Source: Promethearchaeia archaeon (lineage in GTDB: Archaea > Asgardarchaeota > Lokiarchaeia > Sigyniarchaeales > SOKP01). From it: a stretch of 14,756 nucleotides of DNA. This document shows positions 1 through 7,260 of the stretch, piece after piece; positions within the stretch are counted from its first letter, which is position 1; each line of letters begins with the position of its first letter. The DNA is taken from NCBI GenBank assembly GCA_046497275.1, contig JAWOFX010000036.1, positions 1-14,756 on the forward strand. Direction: 5' to 3'. Both the position numbers and the translations under genes were made by a program. The notes under the pieces are model-generated. The model saw only the letters and a program-made list of their open reading frames with translations. It was not told where the DNA came from and ran no database searches.

Positions 1-13
1 AGTGAATATCAAT

Positions 14-190
14 ATGGTAAAATGTGAATGTCCCGCTTGCTATTTTGTATTTGAATTAGATGATGGAACGATTGTGGGGGAAGTTATCCCTTGTCCCGAT
101 TGTGGTGTAGATTTAGAAATTACGGCAATTGAAAATGAAGAAGCATCTGCTGAAGTGGCAGAAATGGCAGAGGAAGATTGGGGAGAATAA
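14..190 (+). CDS. lysW: Amino-group carrier protein LysW/ArgW (lysine/arginine biosynthesis)
   Basis: About 58 aa acidic protein with Zn-binding CPAC...CPDC and the diagnostic C-terminal EEDWGE. ATG at 14 is preferred over GTG at 2 because it gives the typical short N-terminus before the first CxxC. Confidence 0.93.
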   Translation: MVKCECPACYFVFELDDGTIVGEVIPCPDCGVDLEITAIENEEASAEVAEMAEEDWGE

Positions 191-277
191 AATTTTGTAA
201 AAACTCCTTTTAAATTTTAAGACATCTATCAAATAATATTGCAGTCCTTTTCTTATCCTTAGTATTTCAATATTTAG

Positions 278-286
278 TTTTTTTTT
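278..286 (+). terminator. Possible oligo-U terminator between convergent lysW and uvrC
   Basis: Run of 9 T on the + strand downstream of lysW. Archaeal intrinsic terminators are U tracts, but T runs are common in this AT-rich DNA. Confidence 0.2.
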
Positions 287-298
287 ACTCAAAGAATA

Positions 299-2122
299 TT
301 ATTTTATCTTTTCCTTTATTTTTTCAGCAAGATCTTGGTTTATTATCTCACAAAGATCCTTTTTAGATGCTTTTTTTATCCCATCAATACTTCCAAATCG
401 TTTTAATAGTTTATTTCGGGTTGCCGGACCTATTCCTTTAATATCTTCTAGAACTGACCCAGTATATTTTTTTTTCCTTTTAGTTTTATGAAGTCTGACA
501 GCAAACCTATGTGCTTCATCTCTTACATGTTTAATTAAATTTAGCACTGGTGAATCATCAGGTAAAAGAATTGAGTCCTCTTTATCTGGTATGAAGATCT
601 CTTCAAGCCGTTTTGCTATACTAATAACAGGTATTTTTATACCTAGATCGTCTAAAACTTTGGTTGCAGCATTTAATTGTCCTTTTCCACCATCTATTAA
701 TATTAGATCGGGTAATATTCCATTTCTCTCTAACATTTTAGAATATCTCCTATAAACAACTTCCCTCATCATTGCCACATCATCGGGTGTTGATTTGGAT
801 CGAATATTATAATGACGATAGTTTTTCTTATATGGTTTTCCCTCAAGAAAATAAACCATAGAACCAGTTGCATCTTTTCCTTCTATATTAGAAATATCAA
901 ATCCTTCAATAATCCGAGGGATTGTTGATATATCTAACAAATTCTTGATAGATTCTAATGTTTCTTCCATCTGCTCCTCTTCCTTCACTTTTAACCCCTC
1001 CATTTGTATTTGTTGATTCACGATAACTTTCGCGTTTTTTTGAGCAATTCTAAGTAGGGCATATTCATCGCTTTTTTTCGGTGTCCTAATATTAAGATGT
1101 CGTTTCTTATCTGTAAGATATTCATATAATAGTTCTAAAGAGGAATATAGTTCAGGTAAGATTATAATATCTGGTAAATTATGGAGGATATCTTGATAAT
1201 ACTGCTCTAAGAGGGAACTTAAAATTTCTTGTTTTTTAATTAACTTTTCCTCTAAATTTAAGGTAAAAGGGCTTTTACTTGTAAATTTACCGTCACGAAT
1301 ATGCACAATCACTACAGCAGCATATTTTTGTTTACTATGGTAGCCAATTATATCTTTATCCAACTCATCATTTAAAAGGACATGTTGTTCTGTAGTAGTA
1401 TTTTCAATGGCTTGCAGTTTATCTCTCCAATGAGCAGCAACTTCATAATCTTTACTCTGCGCTGCTTGTTCCATTTTATTTTTTACTTCTTTCTTTAACT
1501 CATTCGTCTCTCCTTTTAAAAACATTTCGATTTGCTTAATATTTTCCTTATATGTTTTACTTTCTATTTCTTCAATACAAGGTCCTGGACATAACTTAAG
1601 TTGATAATATAAACAGGGTCTATCTCTTTTTCTTACTTTCCTTTTACAAGAACAATAGGGAAAAATTTTTCTTAAATCTCTAAGAATTCTCTGTATTTCT
1701 TTCTTATCTGTATATGGACCAAAAAATAAATTTTCTGAATCATAGTGACTTGGATTTCTCATAAGTCTAATTCGTGGAAATTTCTCTGAAGATGTGATCA
1801 TAACCCATGGATAGCTCTTGGAATCTCTCATAAAAACATTAAATCGTGGACGATACTTTTTTATCAAAATATTTTCAAGAATTAATGCTTCCTTTTCATT
1901 TTCGGTCACGATAAATTCAATTGAGTTTATCCGTTTTACAAGATCAGTTATTTTTTCTTCATAATATGGGTCATTAAAACTTTTATTGGTGAAATAGGAG
2001 GAAACTCTTTTTTTTAGGTCTTTAGCTTTGCCGATATAAATGATTTTATTATTTTTATTTTTAAACTGATAGATTCCTGGTTCATTTGGTAGACTTTTTC
2101 GTTCTAAATCCAAGTTGTTCAT
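299..2122 (-). CDS. uvrC: Excinuclease ABC subunit C
   Basis: N-terminal GIY-YIG (PGIYQF...IIYIGKAKDLKKRVSSYF), Cys cluster (CLYYQLKLCPGPC), UVR coiled coil, RNase H-like nuclease (IEGFDISNI, LILIDGGKGQL, RDEAHRFA) and C-terminal HhH (IKGIGP). Confidence 0.97.
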   Translation of the reverse strand: MNNLDLERKSLPNEPGIYQFKNKNNKIIYIGKAKDLKKRVSSYFTNKSFNDPYYEEKITDLVKRINSIEFIVTENEKEALILENILIKKYRPRFNVFMRDSKSYPWVMITSSEKFPRIRLMRNPSHYDSENLFFGPYTDKKEIQRILRDLRKIFPYCSCKRKVRKRDRPCLYYQLKLCPGPCIEEIESKTYKENIKQIEMFLKGETNELKKEVKNKMEQAAQSKDYEVAAHWRDKLQAIENTTTEQHVLLNDELDKDIIGYHSKQKYAAVVIVHIRDGKFTSKSPFTLNLEEKLIKKQEILSSLLEQYYQDILHNLPDIIILPELYSSLELLYEYLTDKKRHLNIRTPKKSDEYALLRIAQKNAKVIVNQQIQMEGLKVKEEEQMEETLESIKNLLDISTIPRIIEGFDISNIEGKDATGSMVYFLEGKPYKKNYRHYNIRSKSTPDDVAMMREVVYRRYSKMLERNGILPDLILIDGGKGQLNAATKVLDDLGIKIPVISIAKRLEEIFIPDKEDSILLPDDSPVLNLIKHVRDEAHRFAVRLHKTKRKKKYTGSVLEDIKGIGPATRNKLLKRFGSIDGIKKASKKDLCEIINQDLAEKIKEKIK

Positions 2123-2297
2123 AAGTTATTTTCTCAAAAACTATAATCATCGAATAATATTTTTTTTTACTATTATCAAAAATAAGAGTGTGATTTTAAG
2201 CTAACTTAAATTAATGAATTAAGATTTATTTAAATAAAACAAGATTCATCAATAGTATAATTAATATAAGAGTATATTTACTTACTAAATTATAATA

Positions 2298-2471
2298 ATG
2301 GTTAAAAAAATTAGAATTTGTCCGAAATGTAAAAAACCTACTTTACGTCCTGCTTTTAATGTAAGTGGATGGTTAGGACCTGATTATTTCGAATGCACGG
2401 AATGTGGATATACTGGTTCATTTTATATCGAGATTGATCCTGAAGATTATGAACTAGAAGAGCAAGAATAA
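2298..2471 (+). CDS. Small Zn-ribbon protein of unknown function (57 aa, not in the ORF track)
   Basis: Manual translation from ATG 2298 to TAA 2471: MVKKIRICPKCKKPTLRPAFNVSGWLGPDYFECTECGYTGSFYIEIDPEDYELEEQE. It has two CxxC pairs (CPKC, CTECGY) and an acidic tail. Confidence 0.85.
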   Translation: MVKKIRICPKCKKPTLRPAFNVSGWLGPDYFECTECGYTGSFYIEIDPEDYELEEQE

Positions 2472-2523
2472 GTTTTAACTATTATTTTTAATTTGAATGT
2501 AGTATTTTTTAAGAGGGTAAAAT

Positions 2524-3477
2524 ATGAAAAAATTACAAGAAGAGATTAAAAAAATCACCTCTTTAGAAGTTCAAGGGGCCACAAATGTTGCTTTGAATGC
2601 AATTCAATTATTAATGGATTATGCTTGTAGGATTGAGAATCAGTGCAAAAGTTTTGATGATTGGAAAGAAAAATTAAATGAAGCAAAATCTCTCTTATTT
2701 AAAACGCGATCCACTGAACCGGCCATGCGCAACGGTCTTAACTATATCATGAAAAAATTAGAAGAAAATAAAGAGAATATTGAGAAAGGAAAGATCTTAG
2801 AATTGATTGAGACATTTCAAGAAGAATATAAGATGATGATTGAGACTGCAAGAGATAAAATAGCTGAAATTGGAGCAAGAAGATTCCCCGAAAATACTTC
2901 TGATAATGATTTTGTTGTGATGACTCACTGTCATTCTTCATTTGTTGATGCAATTTTATTAAAAGCGAAAGCACAAGGAAAAAATTTTAGAGTAATAGCA
3001 ACTGAAACTCAACCGAAACTCCAAGGCAGGAAAACTGTAAAAAAATTAGTGGATGCTGGTATCGAAGTTATTCATGTTGTAGATAGTGCTATGCGTTGGG
3101 CTGTTAATCATTATGAAGTTGATTTAATACTGATAGGAGCAGATTCTGTGACCTCTGAGGGAACAGTTCTAAATAAGATTGGCTCACGATTATTAGCATT
3201 GGTGGCACATGAAGAGCATGTTCCATTCTATGTTGCTACAACTTTATTAAAATATAATCCTGAGACCTCTTTTGGAATTCTTGAGAAAATTGAGATGAGA
3301 GATCCACAAGAAATATGGAAGAATCCTCCAAATGGAGTGAAAATCCTTAATCCCGCTTTTGAAACGGTGAGCAGAAGATATATTGATGGGCTTATCAGTG
3401 AGGCAGGAATTTTTGCTTCAAGTCATGTCCATACATATTTTAATAAATTTTATCCCGAAATAGCTTTAAATTTTTAA
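2524..3477 (+). CDS. e2b2: Ribose-1,5-bisphosphate isomerase (eIF-2B alpha/beta/delta-like family)
   Basis: MTHCHS (catalytic Cys), IGADSV (catalytic Asp), NKIGS, EMRDP and NPAFE motifs match R15P isomerase. RuBisCO is about 1 kb away. Confidence 0.88.
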   Translation: MKKLQEEIKKITSLEVQGATNVALNAIQLLMDYACRIENQCKSFDDWKEKLNEAKSLLFKTRSTEPAMRNGLNYIMKKLEENKENIEKGKILELIETFQEEYKMMIETARDKIAEIGARRFPENTSDNDFVVMTHCHSSFVDAILLKAKAQGKNFRVIATETQPKLQGRKTVKKLVDAGIEVIHVVDSAMRWAVNHYEVDLILIGADSVTSEGTVLNKIGSRLLALVAHEEHVPFYVATTLLKYNPETSFGILEKIEMRDPQEIWKNPPNGVKILNPAFETVSRRYIDGLISEAGIFASSHVHTYFNKFYPEIALNF

Positions 3478-3480
3478 AAA

Positions 3481-3487
3481 TTTTTTT
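3481..3487 (+). terminator. Possible oligo-U terminator after the R15P isomerase gene
   Basis: T7 tract starting 4 nt after the stop codon at 3477, in a convergent intergenic gap. Confidence 0.3.
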
Positions 3488-3511
3488 AACTTTTATTATC
3501 ATGTTATATTC

Positions 3512-4453
3512 TCAAGAAAGAATTGTTTTGAAAAAACGAGAGTTATATTCTTCTTTATCAATCTCCTTACAGACTTCTATTTTTGCTCCATCTTTTAAAT
3601 CATCAACCAATCTGCCCGATTCAGATCCTTCTCTCTCTATAACCCTTATATGCCTCGTTTCCGTTTTATAGATATCTTCTGCTTTAATAATAACTGCTGC
3701 AATTAAATCCCATAATGCTATATTACCCTTTTCTATTCTTTTCCCAAAACGTTTCATAATTTTAACTAAAAATTTGCAGATGTTATTATCTTGATTTTGC
3801 TTTAATTTATGGACAAACTCTGGTGTTATAGGAAGTGTATTAGTCACATCTAAGGGGATTAAAACTATTGATATTCCAGATTGAAAAACGATATTTGCTG
3901 CGTGAGGATCGCAATAAATATTCCATTCTGCAAAGGGATTTTCTATAGATTTACTAACATCTTGAATATTTCCCTTCACATCAATTGCACCTCCCATTAT
4001 ATAAATTCTTTCAATTTTTTCTTTTACTTGAGGATATTTTTGCAGTAAATTTCCAATATTTGTCAACGGACCAATAGCTAATAATATAATCTTCTCAGAT
4101 GATGAATCTATAGTTTGATACATTAATTCTATTGCCTTTATTTCCTTTGGTTTTTGTTTAGTTTTAGGAAATTTAATAAAAAGCCTTCTATCTACAGCAA
4201 ATCTTATAATTCTTGGAAATCGATGAGTGCAGTTGAGAGGTTTTGAATCGCCATATGAGACAGGAGTTTCTTCTTTATCGATGATTTTTAATAATCTGAG
4301 ACAATTTTTCGCCCCTATTTCTCCATGGGCTTCTCCAGTTCCAGAAATAGCTATAGCTTTTATATTTATATCATTTCTTTTTGCTGTGAATAAAATAGCA
4401 GCCCAATCATCTGGAGCCATATCTGTATCAATTATTATCGGATTAGATTCAAT
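3512..4453 (-). CDS. iunH: Inosine-uridine-preferring nucleoside hydrolase (IUNH) family protein; start uncertain
   Basis: IGPLTN, MGGA, AEWNIYCDP, PLDVT and WD motifs. The frame stays open upstream of the ATG at 4420 and encodes ...ESNPIIIDTD-MAPDD, completing the DxDxxxDD Ca-binding motif. The true start must therefore lie upstream of 4420; ATT at 4453-4451 is a candidate. Confidence 0.9.
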   Translation of the reverse strand: MESNPIIIDTDMAPDDWAAILFTAKRNDINIKAIAISGTGEAHGEIGAKNCLRLLKIIDKEETPVSYGDSKPLNCTHRFPRIIRFAVDRRLFIKFPKTKQKPKEIKAIELMYQTIDSSSEKIILLAIGPLTNIGNLLQKYPQVKEKIERIYIMGGAIDVKGNIQDVSKSIENPFAEWNIYCDPHAANIVFQSGISIVLIPLDVTNTLPITPEFVHKLKQNQDNNICKFLVKIMKRFGKRIEKGNIALWDLIAAVIIKAEDIYKTETRHIRVIEREGSESGRLVDDLKDGAKIEVCKEIDKEEYNSRFFKTILS

Positions 4454-4499
4454 GTCGGAATTAATAAAAATTCACCCTATAATTAAATATTAAATCTAA

Positions 4500-5774
4500 C
4501 TATCCCCATTTTTCAAGGGCTTTTTTTAATTCTATATGAGATTTTGAATATTCTTCCAAACTTATCTCATCTAAGGTGGCATTAAGTGCTTGAGTGATTG
4601 CTCTTGCGCCATTTTCTGTGCCATTTGGATGTCCGTGACATCCTCCTCCGAATTGAAAGACCATATCTCTTCCCAGTATTCGAATCAATTCAGGTATATC
4701 CAATGGACTCAATCCTCCAGAGGCCACAGGAAGGACGGGTTTTATATGATACCAATTCTGATCTAATAAAGTTGAATTATTTCCTTTAATATTTTTTTCT
4801 GTGATAACTTTATTAATATCTAACACTTCTTGCTTTTCTCCTTCCATTTTTCCAATCACTGTTCCTGTATGTAATTGGTCCATGCCTATCAATCGTGATA
4901 ATTTGGCTAATGCAAGCATTGTTAATCCATGTTTTTTAACACGAGTGAAAGCTGCGTGCATAGCTCTATGTGCATGAATTGCGACATTTTTGGATTCTAA
5001 ATAGTCACGCATCTCCATTAGAGCAGAAAATCCAACGGTTACTATATCAATCATTACATATTCTCCCCCTTGGTCGATTACTTGATCTGCTCTTTGTTTC
5101 ATTATACTTACTTTTGACGTTATATTGGGCATGTATATTTTTTTATCTCCTGTTTCCTCCTCTATTTGATCTCGTCTCTCAAGGGTTTTTTCAACTCTCT
5201 TTTCGAATTTATTAAATTTCATACTGGTTAAATTTTCATCATCTTTAACTATGTCGAGACCACCACGCCATGCTTGAGCGCATATTTCTGCATGTTCTTT
5301 TTCATTTAGTCCAACTTTTGGTTTTACAATAGTTCCCAAAAGAGGTCGGTTTTTAATAGCTGTCAATTCTCTTATTCCATTAATCCCAAATTTTGGACCT
5401 CTATATGAATCAATGATACTCTTAGGAAATGAAATATCTAACAATCGTAAATACTTCAATTTTTTCATTCCATATATATTCCCGGCAATAGCGCTTAATA
5501 TCTGAGAGATGTTATCAGCTTCAAATAAATCCTCTGTGTATGCTATTTTTATGATATTTTTTGAATCATCAATATAAAAAGCAGAAGGTTTAAGATTTTT
5601 AGCAATATCTTCTGACATAGTTAGAATTTTTGTCCAAGTTCCAATCGAGCTTTCTTTAGCTATTTCCATACAAGCTTGTTGTAGATCCTCGCACTCTGGT
5701 GCTTTTTCCACATAATACATCGCAATTAAATCCTTCTGATTTGGTTCATAATCTAAATTTACATAATCAACCAT
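4500..5774 (-). CDS. rbcL: Ribulose-1,5-bisphosphate carboxylase, form III (archaeal type)
   Basis: ESSIGTW, GTIVKPKVGL, catalytic GLDIVKDDE, HAHRAMH, HTGTVIGKMEG (loop 6 Lys), PVASGG and QFGGGCHGHP. 424 aa with no small-subunit gene nearby. Confidence 0.96.
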   Translation of the reverse strand: MVDYVNLDYEPNQKDLIAMYYVEKAPECEDLQQACMEIAKESSIGTWTKILTMSEDIAKNLKPSAFYIDDSKNIIKIAYTEDLFEADNISQILSAIAGNIYGMKKLKYLRLLDISFPKSIIDSYRGPKFGINGIRELTAIKNRPLLGTIVKPKVGLNEKEHAEICAQAWRGGLDIVKDDENLTSMKFNKFEKRVEKTLERRDQIEEETGDKKIYMPNITSKVSIMKQRADQVIDQGGEYVMIDIVTVGFSALMEMRDYLESKNVAIHAHRAMHAAFTRVKKHGLTMLALAKLSRLIGMDQLHTGTVIGKMEGEKQEVLDINKVITEKNIKGNNSTLLDQNWYHIKPVLPVASGGLSPLDIPELIRILGRDMVFQFGGGCHGHPNGTENGARAITQALNATLDEISLEEYSKSHIELKKALEKWG

Positions 5775-5840
5775 TTAATTCACGTATTTAATTTTTTGTA
5801 GATTGGATTTGATTTTTACATTATTAAAGATGCCGATCAT

Positions 5841-5852
5841 AAAAAATTTATA
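5841..5852 (+). promoter_or_regulatory. Candidate BRE/TATA promoter for the eL22-citG unit
   Basis: A6 tract followed by TTTATA (5847-5852), about 35 nt upstream of ATG 5887, in the divergent rbcL/eL22 gap. Confidence 0.3.
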
Positions 5853-5886
5853 GTATTTTTAATTCTTTTAATAAGTGATACAGATT

Positions 5887-6198
5887 ATGAGCGATGAAAC
5901 AAAAACAATCTATGTTAATGTAAAAGACCTAAGTTTTAAGAGTGAACAACATATTGATGATTTAATGCAATTCATAGTTGAGCAAATCCCACAATTAGAG
6001 GTAAATCGTGAAGGCAATGATTTAGAAATTACCATGCCATCCGATCTTTCTAAAAGAGCTATAAAACTTAGAATAAAAAAATTTCTTTATAAGAAGGATT
6101 TAAAAGAAGATTACCGCCCCATTGCCTATAGAGAAGACGATAAAAATGGGTTTACTATTAAAGAAAGGAAAAAATTCGAATTCACCTATTATTATTAA
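5887..6198 (+). CDS. rpl22e: Eukaryote-type large ribosomal subunit protein eL22 (L22e) homologue
   Basis: LSKRAIKLRIKKFLYKKDLKEDYRPIA aligns by eye with the eL22 core [27 protein letters not shown], and the size (about 103 aa) fits. ATG 5887 is preferred; GTG 5875 is possible. Confidence 0.8.
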   Translation: MSDETKTIYVNVKDLSFKSEQHIDDLMQFIVEQIPQLEVNREGNDLEITMPSDLSKRAIKLRIKKFLYKKDLKEDYRPIAYREDDKNGFTIKERKKFEFTYYY

Positions 6199-6248
6199 TT
6201 TAAATCTTATTAAACAAAGATTATATTAATTGTTAACTTTTTTTAGAT

Positions 6249-7226
6249 GTGTCTATCCAAGATAATTTAAATATAGATCTTGAGAATGTTGAAGATATTA
6301 TTAGATGCACCACTTTATCAAGCCTATTAGAAATATCTGGATACCCTAAACCCGGAAATATTCATAGAACGAAGAATTTTAATAACACTCGTTTTGAACA
6401 TTTCTTAGCGGGAATAGCTGCAATCCAACCCGTTTTTTCTAATTTTTGTAATAGAATATACAAATCAACCAAAATTCAAAAAAAAAAGCCTAATTTTAAT
6501 TATTTAGATCTTGGTAAATTTTTTATAGAATCTACGAAGGAAATGATTAAGTGGCAAAAAGGAGGCAATATTTTATTAGGCCATATATTAATTTTAGGAC
6601 CATTAGCTGCTAGCGCCACAATATCACTTAAATTAAGCAAAACAACCCTTGAGGAGTATAAAAATATATTAAATCAAGTGATTGATGATGCTACCGTTTC
6701 TGATACTATAAATCTTTATGAAGCAATCAGATTTTCACAACCCGGAGGATTAGGCAAAATTGATAAATATGATTTGACTGATAAAAATTCAATAAAAGAA
6801 ATAAAGAGAGATAAAGTAAAATTGAGAGAAATTTTCGTATTATCTCAAAATTATGATTTAATTAGTAAAGAGTATTCGACGGGATTCCATATCATTACAA
6901 ATGAAGGATTACCATTTTTTTTGAAAAGCTTTAATAAATCAAATGATGTGAATATCGCCACAGTACACACTTTTTTAAAAATATTATCGAATCATCCAGA
7001 CACTCTGATTATTCGAAAATCGGGGATGAAAGCAGCTGAAATGGTTTCAGAAAAATGCTCTAAAATTCTTAAAGCCGGTGGTCTTACAACTTATGAAGGA
7101 AAAAAATTAATTTATGAATTAGATGAAACTTTACAAGAAAAGAATGGAAAATTAAATCCAGGCACCACTGCGGATTTGATAGCAGGGATTATTTTTGTAG
7201 CGTTAATATTAGGATTAAAATTTTGA
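6249..7226 (+). CDS. citG: Triphosphoribosyl-dephospho-CoA synthase (CitG/MdcB) family protein, archaeal type
   Basis: LEISGYPKPGNIHR N-terminal motif, TNEG..., DTLIIRKSG and C-terminal NPGTTADL motif. GTG start. Confidence 0.85.
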   Translation: MSIQDNLNIDLENVEDIIRCTTLSSLLEISGYPKPGNIHRTKNFNNTRFEHFLAGIAAIQPVFSNFCNRIYKSTKIQKKKPNFNYLDLGKFFIESTKEMIKWQKGGNILLGHILILGPLAASATISLKLSKTTLEEYKNILNQVIDDATVSDTINLYEAIRFSQPGGLGKIDKYDLTDKNSIKEIKRDKVKLREIFVLSQNYDLISKEYSTGFHIITNEGLPFFLKSFNKSNDVNIATVHTFLKILSNHPDTLIIRKSGMKAAEMVSEKCSKILKAGGLTTYEGKKLIYELDETLQEKNGKLNPGTTADLIAGIIFVALILGLKF

Positions 7227-7260
7227 AAGTCGTCTTTGTCGAATTTAATATTTAGGGATT

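Noticed and set aside
2747-2974. 75-aa minus-strand ORF
   Set aside because: Antisense shadow of the R15P isomerase gene with no motifs.
4227-4493. 88-aa plus-strand ORF
   Set aside because: Antisense shadow of the nucleoside hydrolase gene.
4437-4500. Intron producing a RuBisCO-nucleoside hydrolase fusion protein
   Set aside because: The central helix has a G-G mismatch, the outer helix is poor, and the predicted junction recreates a stop (TAA). It is kept only as a low-interest structure.
4598-5215. Plus-strand ORFs 4598-4789 and 4970-5215
   Set aside because: Both lie antisense inside rbcL and have non-protein-like composition.
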